Assembly (NCBI GenBank): GCA_035474375.1 | Contig: DATINJ010000382.1 | Coordinates: 2,068-66,067 of the forward strand | Direction: 5' to 3' | DNA from: Kineosporiaceae bacterium | Lineage (GTDB): Bacteria > Actinomycetota > Actinomycetes > Actinomycetales > Kineosporiaceae | Length of the DNA: 64,000 bases | Shown: one piece after another, positions 10,991-24,683 of the stretch | Layout: the number at the start of each line of letters is the position of its first letter | Position numbering within the stretch: the stretch's first letter is position 1 | Translations under genes and position numbers: made by a program | The notes under the pieces: model-generated | Databases searched by the model: none | What the model was told of the DNA's origin: nothing | The model's input: only the letters and a program-made list of their open reading frames with translations

Positions 10991-11113
10991 GTGGCGTTCT
11001 ATTCGTTTCCGACGTGCTCCGACGGCACAAATCGACGCACCGACGCTCGAGGTTCATCCTGGCACGTCCGACACGAATCGATGTTTGGCCCACCTGTTTG
11101 ACACGATGTCTCC

Positions 11114-11791
11114 ATGAGGGGTCGTGTTCTGGTCGTCGACGACGACAACGCACTGTCAGAGATGCTCGGCATCGTCCTTCGGGGCGAGGGTTTCGAGCCG
11201 ATGTTCTGCGCCGATGGGTTGGGGGCGCTAGAGGCTTTCCGCGCGACTCGCCCGGATTTGGTGTTGCTGGACCTGATGCTCCCTGGCAAGGACGGGATCG
11301 AGGTCTGTCGGCTGATCCGCGCCGAGTCCGGCGTCCCGATCGTGATGCTCACCGCCAAGAGCGACACCGTGGACGTCGTCCTGGGGCTGGAGTCCGGCGC
11401 CGACGATTACATGGTCAAGCCGTTCAAGCCGAAGGAACTCGTCGCCCGGGTCCGGGCTCGGCTGCGCCGAACGGATGAGCCGTCGCCGGAGTCGCTGGAC
11501 ATCGGCGATGTCGGGATTGATGTCGCTGGTCACGTCGTCCGGCGTGGCGACGAGGTGATCTCCCTGACGCCGCTGGAGTTCGACCTGCTGGTCGCGCTCG
11601 CTCGCAAGCCGTGGCAGGTGTTCACCCGGGAGGTTCTGCTCGAACAGGTCTGGGGGTACCGGCACGCTGCCGATACCAGGCTGGTGAACGTTCACGTGCA
11701 GCGACTGCGCTCCAAGATCGAGAAGGATCCCGAACGGCCCGAGATCGTCGTCACCGTGCGTGGCGTCGGTTACAAGGCTGGGCCGGCCTAG
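11114..11791 (+). CDS. mtrA: OmpR-family response regulator MtrA
   Basis: 225 aa with a receiver domain (VLVVDDD...DLMLPG) and a winged-helix output domain. Followed by mtrB and lpqB. Confidence 0.93.
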   Translation: MRGRVLVVDDDNALSEMLGIVLRGEGFEPMFCADGLGALEAFRATRPDLVLLDLMLPGKDGIEVCRLIRAESGVPIVMLTAKSDTVDVVLGLESGADDYMVKPFKPKELVARVRARLRRTDEPSPESLDIGDVGIDVAGHVVRRGDEVISLTPLEFDLLVALARKPWQVFTREVLLEQVWGYRHAADTRLVNVHVQRLRSKIEKDPERPEIVVTVRGVGYKAGPA

Positions 11792-11795
11792 TCCG

Positions 11796-13544
11796 ATGGC
11801 AAAGCGCCGCCGACGCCCGCTGAAGGCGGCCATCTGGCCGATCCGGACGCTCCCGCAACGGACCGTGCGGTTCGTCGTCCGGCAGATCCGCCGGCACTGG
11901 AGCCGGTCGATGCGGCTGCGGGTGGTGGCGACCACCATGCTGCTCGGTCTTCTCGTGGTGCTGGCGGTTGGAACCTTCCTGTCGTTCCGGATCAAGGCCG
12001 GGCTGATCGAGTCCCGGCAGAAGACCGCCATGCTGGAGGCGGAAGGGCTGACCAAGACGGCGACGGAGTTGTTCGACCGGTCCGTCTACAGCGATGCCGA
12101 GCGCCAGGAATCATTTGTCAACGATCTGATCTCCCGACTCGAAGGACCGGGGGGCCCGGAGTTGCGGGGGGTCTCGCTGCTGCGGGCGCTGCGGTCCACC
12201 CAGCCGAGTGAGCTGCGGGACCGATCCTCCAGGATCACCCCCTCGGTGATCCCGGATTCCCTGCGGGCCGCGGTCAACCGGTCGTCCCGGCAGCAAGCTC
12301 AGATCACGTCCTTGCCGGGGGTTGGCGGCCAGAAGGGGATGCCGGCCCTCGCTGTCGGATCGGTGATCGACGTCCCGCTGTCCGGCCCGTACGAGCTGTA
12401 CTTCATCTTCCCGTTGCAGCGCGAACAGGAAATTCTCGACCTGGTGCAGCGGACCTTGCTGCTCGCCGGAATCGGGTTGGTACTGCTGGTCGGCGGGGTC
12501 GCCTACGTCGTGACCCGGCAGGTGGTGACGCCGGTCCGGCAAGCGGCCAAGACCGCCGAGGAGTTGGCGTCGGGCCGGTTGGATCGCCGGATGAAGGTTC
12601 GCGGGCAAGACGATATAGCCCGTTTGGGTAGGGCTTTCAATGGCATGGCGGCCAGTCTTGAGCGGCAGATCCATCAGTTGGAAGAGCTGTCTCGGGTGCA
12701 GCGCCGGTTCGTCTCCGACGTCTCACACGAGTTGCGCACGCCGCTGACCACGATCCGGATGGCGAGCGAGGTGATCCACGAGGGTCGGCATGGGCTCGAC
12801 CCGGTGCTCTCGCGCAGCGCCGAACTGCTGCAGAACCAGCTCGACCGGTTCGAGTTGCTGCTCACCGACCTGTTGGAGATCAGTCGGTTCGACGCCGGTG
12901 CCGCGGTGCTGGATATCGAGGCGGAAGACGTTCGAGAAGTCGTCGAGCGAGTCGTCGAGGTGCTGCTGCCGCTGGCGGAGAGCCGCGGCAGCACGATCGA
13001 GCTGCGGGTGCCGCCGGAACCATGCCTTGCCCAGATCGACTCGCGGCGGGTAGAGCGGATCGTCCGGAACCTGCTCGGCAACGCGATCGAGCACGGCGAG
13101 GGCGGCCCGATCGAGGTCCGGATTGCCGGCTCGGCCGAGGCCGTCGCCATCGCGGTGCATGACTACGGGGTCGGGATCAACGTTGATGATCTGGCGATGG
13201 TGTTCAACCGGTTCTGGCGTGCCGATCTGGCTCGGGCTCGCACCACCGGTGGCACCGGGCTGGGGCTGGCGATCGCCCAGGAGGACGCCCACCTGCACGG
13301 CGGCTGGCTGCAGGCGTGGGGTGAGCCCGGGGTAGGTGCGGTCTTCCGGCTCACGCTGCCCCGCCAGGTCGGTGCCGTCCTGGTCGGATCCCCGCTGCCG
13401 CTGGTTCCGCACCTGGGTGATCCGGACGAGGACGGTGACCAGGCAGGCGTCGAGGGCGCGGCGGAGTTCCCGAACGCGGCCGCTGGGCTGGCTCAGATGC
13501 TCCCCGAGCCGGGCTGTGACCGGCCGGTGCGGCAACGCGGATGA
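11796..13544 (+). CDS. mtrB: Sensor histidine kinase MtrB
   Basis: Start moved to the ATG at 11796, 4 nt after the mtrA stop. Contains 2 TM helices, HAMP, an H-box (SHELRTPLT) and HATPase N/G boxes. Confidence 0.9.
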   Translation: MAKRRRRPLKAAIWPIRTLPQRTVRFVVRQIRRHWSRSMRLRVVATTMLLGLLVVLAVGTFLSFRIKAGLIESRQKTAMLEAEGLTKTATELFDRSVYSDAERQESFVNDLISRLEGPGGPELRGVSLLRALRSTQPSELRDRSSRITPSVIPDSLRAAVNRSSRQQAQITSLPGVGGQKGMPALAVGSVIDVPLSGPYELYFIFPLQREQEILDLVQRTLLLAGIGLVLLVGGVAYVVTRQVVTPVRQAAKTAEELASGRLDRRMKVRGQDDIARLGRAFNGMAASLERQIHQLEELSRVQRRFVSDVSHELRTPLTTIRMASEVIHEGRHGLDPVLSRSAELLQNQLDRFELLLTDLLEISRFDAGAAVLDIEAEDVREVVERVVEVLLPLAESRGSTIELRVPPEPCLAQIDSRRVERIVRNLLGNAIEHGEGGPIEVRIAGSAEAVAIAVHDYGVGINVDDLAMVFNRFWRADLARARTTGGTGLGLAIAQEDAHLHGGWLQAWGEPGVGAVFRLTLPRQVGAVLVGSPLPLVPHLGDPDEDGDQAGVEGAAEFPNAAAGLAQMLPEPGCDRPVRQRG

Positions 13545-15421
13545 GAGTTCGTCGGACGATCGCCGACCGGTCCCGAGCGGTCCGGGTCGTCGTGGCTGGG
13601 CTGGCGCTGCTGGCGTTGTCGGCCTGCGCCACGATTCCGCGCTCCGGGCCGGTGGTGGCCGGCCGGGTGGTGGAGGTCGATCCGCTGTCGGGCGTCGTCC
13701 AGTTCAGGGGTGAGGGCCCGGTGCCGGGTGCGACGCCCGTGAACGTGGTCTCCGGATTCCTCCGGGCGGCACCGGGTTTCAGCGATGATCATGAGCTTGC
13801 CCGGAGCTTCCTCACCTCGGCCCGGCAACTTGCCTGGCGCCCGGACGCGGCCGTCTCGATCTACCCGACGACGCTGAACGTATTGAAGGTCAAGGAGGCC
13901 GGGGCAAAACCCGTCGCGACTGCGACGGCAACGCCGACACCGGCCGGTGCCGATTCCGGCGCGGCGAGCGCCGACGTGCGGGACCGAGCCGAGGTCACCT
14001 GGGTGACCGTGACGACACCGATCATCGCGAAGGTCGACCGCAACGGCCGGTACCAGATCGAACCGCCGGGCACGAAAGTCACTGCCAAGTTCGGCTTGGT
14101 CAAGGTGGGCGGGCAGTGGCGGATCAATACCGTCGCCGACGGGATCCTGATCAGTGCGGAAGACTTCGGGGTGACCTTCCGCCCGTTCAAGGTGTACTTC
14201 GGCGACCCGACCCGCCGGTACCTGGTTCCCGACGTGCACTGGTTCCCCGGCACCCAGAACAACCTCTCCGACAATCAGAACGATTCGCTGCCAACCGCGC
14301 TGGTCCGGGTACTGCTGGAGGGCCCGCCGAAGTGGTTGGAGGGCGCCGTCATCACCGGTGCGCCGGCGAATACCAGCATGGCGATCGACGCCGTCGTGGT
14401 CGACGACGAGGTGGCGACCGTGGACCTGACCGACCAGGTCCGCACCGCCGACACCCGGCAGCGACAGCTCTTGGCGAGCCAGTTGCAGGCGACGCTGGGC
14501 CAACTACGGATCAACTCGGTGAACATTACGGTTCGCCGGCTGGCCTTCGACGTGCCCTCCAGATCCTCGGGAACGAACGACCCCTCCCAGCCGGACGGTC
14601 AGCCGGTGGTCGATCCGCGGGTCGACGTCCGGCCGGTGCTGATTGATGCGAAGGGCCGGTTGGCTCGGCTGGATGGTCGAACCCTCGAGGTGCGTGCGGA
14701 CGTCGCGGCTCTGGGGGTGCCCGGAGCCAATCACCCGGCGGTGGCCAACGACAGCAGCGCCTACGCGGTCCTGAACGCCGACCGGAGCAAGCTGCTGCTC
14801 CAACTGCCCGGGGCCAAAGTCGTCCAACTCGTCAGTTCTGCCAATCTCACCGCACCGTCCTTCGATCCGCAGGGCTGGGTCTGGACGGCGCCGGGAACCA
14901 ACACCGGCTGGGTCTACGCGGCGGCGGCGGACTCCGGTCGGATCAAGGTGAAGGCGCCCTGGCTCAAGGGTGCGGACGTGGTCAGCATGCGGGTGTCGCG
15001 GGACGGTACCCGGGCGGTGATCGCGGCTCGGGTACGGGGTGCGGCTCACCTCTTCGTCACCGGCGTGGTGCGGGACGTCGAGGGCCGGCCGCAGTCCTTG
15101 ACCTGGCCGCCGACCGGACTGTTCCCCAGCCTGCAGACGGTCCGCGATGTCGCCTGGTTGGACGAGGACCATCTGGTGGTCCTCGGCCGGTGCACCGGTG
15201 ACACGCCCAAGTGCACGAAGGACGCGGCCGAAGGGCCCTGGATAGTCCAGCTCGGCGGCATCATCGACCCGGTCGGAAATCCCGTCTCCGGGGCGGAATC
15301 GATCACTGCGGGGAACGGGGAGATCTCGGTGCTGGCCGGGACGGACAAGGGCGTCCAGGCCCGTTTCGGAGCCCTCTGGGACACCGTGGCGGCCGGTCGG
15401 TGGCCGGCTTATCCAGGCTGA
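13541..15421 (+). CDS. lpqB: Lipoprotein LpqB
   Basis: ATGA overlap with mtrB. Lipobox LLALSAC. 626 aa, typical LpqB size and position. Confidence 0.9.
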   Translation: MRVRRTIADRSRAVRVVVAGLALLALSACATIPRSGPVVAGRVVEVDPLSGVVQFRGEGPVPGATPVNVVSGFLRAAPGFSDDHELARSFLTSARQLAWRPDAAVSIYPTTLNVLKVKEAGAKPVATATATPTPAGADSGAASADVRDRAEVTWVTVTTPIIAKVDRNGRYQIEPPGTKVTAKFGLVKVGGQWRINTVADGILISAEDFGVTFRPFKVYFGDPTRRYLVPDVHWFPGTQNNLSDNQNDSLPTALVRVLLEGPPKWLEGAVITGAPANTSMAIDAVVVDDEVATVDLTDQVRTADTRQRQLLASQLQATLGQLRINSVNITVRRLAFDVPSRSSGTNDPSQPDGQPVVDPRVDVRPVLIDAKGRLARLDGRTLEVRADVAALGVPGANHPAVANDSSAYAVLNADRSKLLLQLPGAKVVQLVSSANLTAPSFDPQGWVWTAPGTNTGWVYAAAADSGRIKVKAPWLKGADVVSMRVSRDGTRAVIAARVRGAAHLFVTGVVRDVEGRPQSLTWPPTGLFPSLQTVRDVAWLDEDHLVVLGRCTGDTPKCTKDAAEGPWIVQLGGIIDPVGNPVSGAESITAGNGEISVLAGTDKGVQARFGALWDTVAAGRWPAYPG

Positions 15422-15553
15422 GTCGCACGCCACGATCTCGCGGTCGTCGTCCGCTCCGCGCGTCCTCTCCTCCACAGGCGGCAGTTCTGCGCCTCGATCC
15501 ACAGATTTCGGCCGGCCGCCGTCCGTCGGCCACCTGCCGGGCAGGCTGTCTGT

Positions 15554-16306
15554 ATGCCAGAGGTACCAATCACAGTCGGGTCCGGCCTGCGCGCCGGTTT
15601 GCGTGCCGGGACGACGCTGATCTGGCCGGTCAGCTGCGCGGGTTGCGGGTTGCCCGACGTCCCGATCTGCTCACGGTGTCGGGCCGCCGTCGCCGGGCCG
15701 GCCTTCTGCACCCCGGTGGTTGGCTGGCCCGCGGGGTTCGGCGCCTGGGCGGCGTGCAGCTATCGGGGCTGCGCAGCGCGGCTACTGATCGCCTGGAAAG
15801 AACGAGGCCGGCGCGACCTGACCGGGCCGCTGGGAGCCGGTCTGGGTGCGGCGCTGCTGGCCTGCCGGGCCGCGCACGCTGACCCGGCGTCGCCCTGGTT
15901 GCTGGTCCCGGTTCCGACCACCCGCGCCGGCCGCCGTCAGCGCGGCGGTGACCTGATGGTCGACTTGACTCGTCGGGCGGCAGCGACCTGCCGGCCGGCC
16001 TGGAACGGGCCACCACCGCAGCCGGTTCAGGCCCTGACGCATGTCCGAAGGGTCCGCGATCAGGGGGCGCTGGGGGCCTCTGGCCGGCGCGCGAATCTGC
16101 GTGGAGCCCTTGCGGTCCGGGATTCGATGACAGATCTGGTGTCCGGGCAAAGCTGCGTGGTGGTCGACGATGTCGTGACAACTGGGACAACAGCGGCCGA
16201 AGCGGCGCGGGCGTTGACATCGGCAGGTGCACGCGTGGTGGGGGCTTGCTTCCTCTCAGTGACATTGCGTGAACTGGGGGTGCCCGAGGAGGCATCTAGG
16301 GACTAG
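15554..16306 (+). CDS. comF: ComF family protein (ComFC-like phosphoribosyltransferase)
   Basis: N-terminal Cys-rich zinc-finger-like CAGCG...CSRC and a C-terminal PRTase motif VVVDDVVTTGTT. Confidence 0.75.
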   Translation: MPEVPITVGSGLRAGLRAGTTLIWPVSCAGCGLPDVPICSRCRAAVAGPAFCTPVVGWPAGFGAWAACSYRGCAARLLIAWKERGRRDLTGPLGAGLGAALLACRAAHADPASPWLLVPVPTTRAGRRQRGGDLMVDLTRRAAATCRPAWNGPPPQPVQALTHVRRVRDQGALGASGRRANLRGALAVRDSMTDLVSGQSCVVVDDVVTTGTTAAEAARALTSAGARVVGACFLSVTLRELGVPEEASRD

Positions 16307-16518
16307 CCTCAACAGATGAACGGCACCCCCGCCGCGATCGCCGTCCAAACGGCGCTGTCTTGCTGGCGGGTCTGGAAGGGGGTGTTAGGGAGCAACTCCC
16401 AGCGATTTCCGATCTGACGCTTCGACACTGAGTCGTCCGCATCTCGAGCCAGCGCCAGATTCTGGACCCGGTGAGCGGACCCGGACCTTGTGTTACTCCA
16501 GCTACAGGAGGATTCCCC

Positions 16519-17307
16519 GTGGACATCGTGATCACTGGCCGTCGAACCGAAGTCACAGACCGGTTCCGAAGGCTTGCGGAGGAGAAACTGGCGAAGGTTT
16601 CGCAGTTCACTCCCAGCGCGTATCGGATAGACGTCGAGCTGTCCCATGAGCGCAATCCACGACAGTCCAACACTTGCGAGCGAGTCGAGATCACGGTTCG
16701 GGACAAGGGACCGGTGATTCGGGCCGAGGCTTGCGCCGAAGACCCGCTGGCCTCGCTCGACATCGCCTTCGGCAAACTCCTTGAGCGGCTTCGTCGGATG
16801 GGGGATCGGAAGAAGGTGCACCACGGTCGGCACGCGCCGGTGTCGGTGCGCGGAAGCAACATGCTGTCCGGATCGGTACCCGCCGGCGGTGCCGGATCGG
16901 GCGTCGGTACCGCGGTCGCCGAACGGCCTCTGGACGACAGCGACCATGACCACGCTGGTCAGAACGGTCACGTACACAGCGACGCGAACGGAGCCCGTCG
17001 TTCCGGCGGAGTGGACGTCGAGGATCCGGCTTTCGACGACCTGGCCGATCTGGTGGGTCGCGCCGACCTTCCTGAAGGTGCCGAGGCCCTCGCGGACAGC
17101 CCGGTCGTGATCCGGACGAAGGACCACACCGCCACCCCGATGACCATTGATCAGGCGCTCTACGAGATGGAACTTGTCGGCCACGACTTCTACCTCTTCG
17201 TGGACGCCGCGTGCGGGAAGCCGTCCGTCGTCTATCGTCGGCGCGGATGGAACTACGGAGTGATTCGCCTGGCGGTCGAGCAGGAAGCAAAGGCCACGCC
17301 AAGCTGA
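16519..17307 (+). CDS. hpf: Ribosome hibernation promoting factor (long form)
   Basis: Start moved to the GTG at 16519 with an AGGAGG RBS 7 nt upstream. N-terminus [17 protein letters not shown], acidic/His-rich linker and a C-terminal dimerisation domain. Confidence 0.9.
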   Translation: MDIVITGRRTEVTDRFRRLAEEKLAKVSQFTPSAYRIDVELSHERNPRQSNTCERVEITVRDKGPVIRAEACAEDPLASLDIAFGKLLERLRRMGDRKKVHHGRHAPVSVRGSNMLSGSVPAGGAGSGVGTAVAERPLDDSDHDHAGQNGHVHSDANGARRSGGVDVEDPAFDDLADLVGRADLPEGAEALADSPVVIRTKDHTATPMTIDQALYEMELVGHDFYLFVDAACGKPSVVYRRRGWNYGVIRLAVEQEAKATPS

Positions 17308-17444
17308 CGAGGACAAGATCTGCTGCCCCGCGGGGCGCTGAGGCGGCGCGCCCGCCGGATTTCGATCCGGCGAGCGCGCCGTCGTCCGTTGCGGGGAGCC
17401 CGCCGACGGTCTCGGCCGTCGCTCGCGGATCTGGCCCTCGCCGG

Positions 17445-18680
17445 ATGAGCCTGCTCCAGGCCCGCCGGGTCGCCCTGGCCGCTCAAGGGTTCGGAGTCGA
17501 CCGCCCCGGGGCCGGCCAGTCGCACGGAGACACGCCGATCACGATGCGGCAGATCCAACGGGTGATCGACACCGTCGGCATTCTTCAGATCGACTCGGTG
17601 AACGTCCTGAGCCGCAGCCACTACCTGCCGGTATTCAGCCGGCTCGGCAATTATCCGCGCGAACTGCTGGACCGCGCCTCCACGACGGCACCGCGCCGTC
17701 TGGTGGAGTACTGGGCACACGAGGCGTCGTTCGTGCCGCCGCAGACGCACCGGTTGCTGCGCTGGCGGATGGCCCGGGCGGCGGACGAGGCGTGGGGCGG
17801 GATGGCGCGGACCGCCCGCGAGCGGGCCGACCTGACCGACGTGGTGCGCGCCGTGATGGCCGAGCACGGGCCCTTGACGGCCGCCGCCGCTGAGCGCTTG
17901 ATCGGTGACGACCGGCCGCGCGAGCGCAACGGTCAGTGGGGCTGGAACTGGAGCGACGTCAAGCGGGTGATCGAGTTCCTGTTCTGGTCCGGGGAACTCT
18001 CGTCGGCGGGTCGGACCAGCCAGTTCGAGCGCCGGTACGCACTGCCCGAGCGGGTGTTGCCGGCTGCGGTGGCCTCCGCTCCGGATCCGGACCCGGACGA
18101 CGCCCGGCGAGATCTGGTCCGGATCGCCGCTCGTGCGCTCGGCATCGCCAGTGAGAAGTGCCTGCGGGACTACTTCCGCCTCAAGCCCGGCGAGGCGCGG
18201 GCCGCGATCGCCGATCTGGTGGCGGCCGGTGAGCTGATCCCGACCACGGTGGAGGGCTGGGACCGGCCCACCTATCTGCATCCGCAGGCCCGGCTGCCCC
18301 GGCGGATCACCGCTCGGGCCTTGCTGAGCCCGTTCGACTCGCTGGTCTGGGAGCGGCCTCGCACCGAGGCGCTGTGGAACTTTCGGCTGCGGCTGGAGAT
18401 CTACACTCCGGCGGCCAAGCGGGTGCACGGCTACTACGTGCTGCCGTTTCTGCTCGGTGACCAGTTGGTGGGTCGGGTGGATCTGAAGGCCGATCGGGCA
18501 CCCGGGGGCGGCGGGGCGCTGCTGGTCCGCGCGTCCTGGGTGGAGCCCGGCATCCCCCCCGAAGCGGTGGCCCCGGAACTAGCCGAGGAGCTGGATCTGA
18601 TGGCCGAGTGGCTGGAGCTGGACGAGGTACGGATCGCCTCGGTCGGTACGTTGGCGCCCGCCCTGCAAAACCTGCGCTGA
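17445..18680 (+). CDS. Winged-helix DNA-binding protein of the YcaQ/AlkZ-like (DUF1006) family
   Basis: Start moved to the ATG at 17445, because the track ORF overlaps hpf. N-terminus [15 protein letters not shown] is typical of the family. Confidence 0.7.
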   Translation: MSLLQARRVALAAQGFGVDRPGAGQSHGDTPITMRQIQRVIDTVGILQIDSVNVLSRSHYLPVFSRLGNYPRELLDRASTTAPRRLVEYWAHEASFVPPQTHRLLRWRMARAADEAWGGMARTARERADLTDVVRAVMAEHGPLTAAAAERLIGDDRPRERNGQWGWNWSDVKRVIEFLFWSGELSSAGRTSQFERRYALPERVLPAAVASAPDPDPDDARRDLVRIAARALGIASEKCLRDYFRLKPGEARAAIADLVAAGELIPTTVEGWDRPTYLHPQARLPRRITARALLSPFDSLVWERPRTEALWNFRLRLEIYTPAAKRVHGYYVLPFLLGDQLVGRVDLKADRAPGGGGALLVRASWVEPGIPPEAVAPELAEELDLMAEWLELDEVRIASVGTLAPALQNLR

Positions 18681-18703
18681 GCGGGCTGATCTCCTCGCGG
18701 CTG

Positions 18704-18783
18704 GTGATCGCCAGCCGTGCCCACTTAGGTGCCCTTCGTCGGCGCTAAAGCGGGCACACCTGGCGATCTTGGCGGTGCGGCGG
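18704..18783. repeat. REP-like palindromic intergenic element, copy 2
   Basis: Same 19-mer as at 5213. Interrupted stem GATCGCCAG-cc-GTGCCC pairs with GGGCAC-ac-CTGGCGATC (18760-18768). Confidence 0.7.
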
Positions 18784-18837
18784 GGCTATTCCGGCCGGTT
18801 GGCGGTTAGCGGCCGGTCGCCGGTTGGCGGCTAGCAG

Positions 18838-19434
18838 TTAGGGGGACGGCGGATCGCTGCTCAAGCGGGCATGCAGGTGTTCGTCGGAACGGCGGCCGTC
18901 CACCGGGTAGCGCATCGCCGAGCGCATCACGCCCTCTGCCGAGTAGCCGGCCCGCTTGGCCACGCTGCAGGACCGCTCGTTCTCCACCGCGTGATAAAGC
19001 TCGACCCGATGCCAATCGAGCCGGTCGAAGACCAGCCGGGTCGCCGTCCGCAGCGCGCCGGAGGCCAGACCCCGACCGCGGCCTTCCGGTAGCAGCCAGT
19101 AGCCGACGGATCCGGTGCCGATCTCCGCGTCGATCAGACCGAACCGTACCGAGCCGACGATCTGCCGGCTCGGATCGCAGATCGCCCAGGCGGCGCCCCG
19201 GCCCTGCTGCCACTGATCGGACCAGGTGAGCAGGGCTGCCAGGGCGTCCCGCCGGTCGTCGATCAGCTGCCCGGCGTACTGCCGGACCAGGGCGTCGCGC
19301 ATTCCGATCACCATGTCGGGGGCGTCGCTCGTGCTCCACGGCCGGAGCCGGTAGCCAGCGGTCAGCTCGAGTTGAGGTTGCCGGCGTCCGCTCATCGAAG
19401 GGATTCCATCACTGGATGGCCGCAGCTGTTGCAT
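18838..19434 (-). CDS. GNAT family N-acetyltransferase (RimJ/RimL-like)
   Basis: Acetyl-CoA binding core (RGRGLASGAL). An alternative start at 19395 is possible. Confidence 0.8.
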   Translation of the reverse strand: MQQLRPSSDGIPSMSGRRQPQLELTAGYRLRPWSTSDAPDMVIGMRDALVRQYAGQLIDDRRDALAALLTWSDQWQQGRGAAWAICDPSRQIVGSVRFGLIDAEIGTGSVGYWLLPEGRGRGLASGALRTATRLVFDRLDWHRVELYHAVENERSCSVAKRAGYSAEGVMRSAMRYPVDGRRSDEHLHARLSSDPPSP

Positions 19435-19446
19435 CGGGTCCGGTGC

Positions 19447-20604
19447 TCAGCGCACCGCAGGCAGTTCGTCGGCGAGCAGATCGAAGCGCAGATGGTCGCT
19501 TCGGGTTCCGTCGCGGCGCAGGTTCCCGTCCCGATCTCGACCGGAGAAGGTGAAGCCTGCCTTCTCGGCCACCCGCTGGGAGGCGAGGTTGTCGACGTCC
19601 GTGCGGATCAGAATTCGGTCCAGGCCAAGACCACCGTCCTCCTCGGGCAACAGCGCATGCCGGGCCACGAGTTGAACTCCTTCCGTGATCACCCCACGAC
19701 CGCGGGCGTCCGGATGCGTCCAGTAGCCGATCTCGCCCTGTGGATCGTTCGGGTCGCGGATGAATAGCGCCAGGTCGGCGAGCAGTCGGTCGTCATCGGG
19801 ATCGGCGACCACCCACTGCACCCCGCGACCGGCGGCCTGCTCGGCGCGAATCTGTTCCAGGTGCTGGCGGGCGTGGATCTCGGAGTAGTCGTCCGGCAAT
19901 CCGGCCAGCCAGTGCCGGGTCTGCGGATCCCGGCAGGCCTCGACCATCCGGGGCACGTCCTGCTCGCGGTGCGCGCGCAGCACGGTCGTCTTGCCGATCA
20001 CCGGGGCCGGGTCGTACCAGGGGTGCACCGGCTGCAACCGGGTATTGCGAGTGATCGCGGCCAGCCAGCCGTCGACCAGGTTGCCGCGTTGCTCCAGCAG
20101 GCCGGGCACCACGGCGTCCACCCGGAACCCGACTGCCCAGGCGACCCGCCGACTCGCCCAGTTACCCACCTGAGCCCGCCAATGGACGACGTCGATCCTG
20201 GCGTCGTGGAACCCCCAGGGCAGGACGAGTCGCAGCGCCCGGGTCATCAACCCCTGGCCGCGGGCCCCAGCCGCGAGCGAGAAGCCCACCTCGGCCTGCC
20301 TGGCGTGTTGCGGGCGGAGGTTCACGTCACCGATCAAGCGGCCGTTGTGCTCGATGCCGAACTGATAGCGGCTACCGTCGGACCAGCCGGCTTCGTTCAG
20401 TGCCAGCCAGCCCTCGGCGTGCTTGCGCTCGTACGGTTGCGGAAGCGATGACCACTGACTGATCAGCGGGTCGTTGGAGATCTCGACGATGGCGTCGAGA
20501 TCTTCGGTGCGGAACCCACGCAGCGTGACAACGCCGTCGGTCAGGGTGGGAATCGGGCCGTGGAAAGCGCCGGGCGGGGAGCTCACCACAGGAGCCTGAC
20601 GCAC
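19447..20604 (-). CDS. Tandem two-domain GNAT N-acetyltransferase
   Basis: 385 aa with two RimJ-like halves, each carrying a Q/RxxGxG/A motif (ARGQGLMT and ARGRGVIT). Confidence 0.8.
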   Translation of the reverse strand: MRQAPVVSSPPGAFHGPIPTLTDGVVTLRGFRTEDLDAIVEISNDPLISQWSSLPQPYERKHAEGWLALNEAGWSDGSRYQFGIEHNGRLIGDVNLRPQHARQAEVGFSLAAGARGQGLMTRALRLVLPWGFHDARIDVVHWRAQVGNWASRRVAWAVGFRVDAVVPGLLEQRGNLVDGWLAAITRNTRLQPVHPWYDPAPVIGKTTVLRAHREQDVPRMVEACRDPQTRHWLAGLPDDYSEIHARQHLEQIRAEQAAGRGVQWVVADPDDDRLLADLALFIRDPNDPQGEIGYWTHPDARGRGVITEGVQLVARHALLPEEDGGLGLDRILIRTDVDNLASQRVAEKAGFTFSGRDRDGNLRRDGTRSDHLRFDLLADELPAVR

Positions 20605-20758
20605 CGTTCGGGCGTCGGCAAACGCGTTTCGTTGCCAAGCTGTCTACGATGGCCTGTGGCATGTACGGGCACGGCTGGATGCCGCCGTTCGTCATGCCTA
20701 TAGCGGCGGTGCGATTCGACCGCAGATCGCACAGTTCAATGACTTGGGAGAACACCCC

Positions 20759-23473
<2,715 letters not shown>

Positions 23474-23532
23474 AACAGTGATCGGGGCGAACGGTTCGAC
23501 CGTCTCGCCCTGATCATCCGGTTTCTCCCGCT

Positions 23533-23566
23533 GGGCCGCGCAGACTCTCACCCGTCTGCGCGGCCC
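23533..23566 (+). terminator. Perfect 13-bp stem hairpin downstream of secA
   Basis: GGGCCGCGCAGAC-tctcaccc-GTCTGCGCGGCCC. A second hairpin at 23480-23515 precedes it. No U-tract, which is common in actinobacteria. Confidence 0.6.
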
Positions 23567-23645
23567 TGTCACTCTCCAGGCCGATCGATTCGGCCGGCCG
23601 ACCTGCCGATCTCATTGCCACGGGCAATTGAGGGGCGGTCGATAC

Positions 23646-24677
23646 ATGTCGCGTCAGCGACGGATCAAGGCATTGCTGTGTACCGGAATTGGCGCTTTGG
23701 CGGTGGCGATCGCGGCTGTGCCCGTCGGCGGGACCGCGACCGCCTCGACCGTTTCCAGCGGTGCCGGCGCGATCACCCAGTACGGCACGGTGGTCTTCGT
23801 TCCGGACGGAGACACGATCGATGTCAAGATCGACGACGTCCCGGCGGATTCTGGCCGGGAAGGCACCCGAATCCGGTTCCTGGCGACGCAGGCCATGGAG
23901 ATTTACGAATATCACCACGACCTGACCAAGTCCACGGGTGAGTGCCATGCGGTCGAGGCCGCCGTACGGCTCAAGGAATTGCTCTTCAAGGCGGACGGCA
24001 GCGGCCGACGAGTGCGGTTGACCGCCCGGGACGCCAGCAGTAGCAACCTCGGCCGGGAGTCGCGCTTCGTCGCCACCCGGACGGCAGAGGGCAGCTGGGA
24101 GGACGTCGGAACGGTGCTGGTGCGTGAGGGCCAGGTGATCCCGAGCTACCAGAAAGTGGAATACACCTATAACCAGGTCTATCGGCAGCTCTCGCAAGCG
24201 GCTGCTGCCGCGGGAGTTGGCCTCTGGGACACAAACTTCTGCGGCGCCGGCCCGGCCGCCAACCTGTCTGTTCGAGTCAAGTGGGACGCCGACGGGGATG
24301 ACTCGACCAACGTCAACGGCGAGTACGTGAAGATCACCAACCACGGCTCGGTCGCGGTGAAGCTGGAAGGCTGGTGGGTGCGGGACTCCGCCACCCGAAA
24401 GCTAGCCACCCCGGAGCGGACGCGGCGGGGCTTCATCTTTCCCAGTGGGGCAAAGGTGGCCGCTGGTTCGTCGGTGTACGTGCATGACGGGAAGGCGCCG
24501 GCTGCTCCCGCCGCTCGGCATTACTATGCCGGCCTCAGCGCGCCTATCTTTGAAAACGTTACCTCCAAGCCGGTTTACCTGGGCGACGGCGCTTACTTGT
24601 TCGATCCACAAGGGGACTTGCGGGGCTGGCAGCAATACCCTTGCGTGTCCACGAAACTGCACGCTTGTACGCGATGA
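23646..24677 (+). CDS. Secreted thermonuclease (SNase)-like domain + lamin-tail domain protein
   Basis: ATG at 23646 with a GAGGGG RBS. Signal peptide, SNase hallmark VPDGDTIDV, C-terminal LTD-like NGEYVKITNHG...LEGWWVRD. Confidence 0.7.
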   Translation: MSRQRRIKALLCTGIGALAVAIAAVPVGGTATASTVSSGAGAITQYGTVVFVPDGDTIDVKIDDVPADSGREGTRIRFLATQAMEIYEYHHDLTKSTGECHAVEAAVRLKELLFKADGSGRRVRLTARDASSSNLGRESRFVATRTAEGSWEDVGTVLVREGQVIPSYQKVEYTYNQVYRQLSQAAAAAGVGLWDTNFCGAGPAANLSVRVKWDADGDDSTNVNGEYVKITNHGSVAVKLEGWWVRDSATRKLATPERTRRGFIFPSGAKVAAGSSVYVHDGKAPAAPAARHYYAGLSAPIFENVTSKPVYLGDGAYLFDPQGDLRGWQQYPCVSTKLHACTR

Positions 24678-24683
24678 ACCCCA

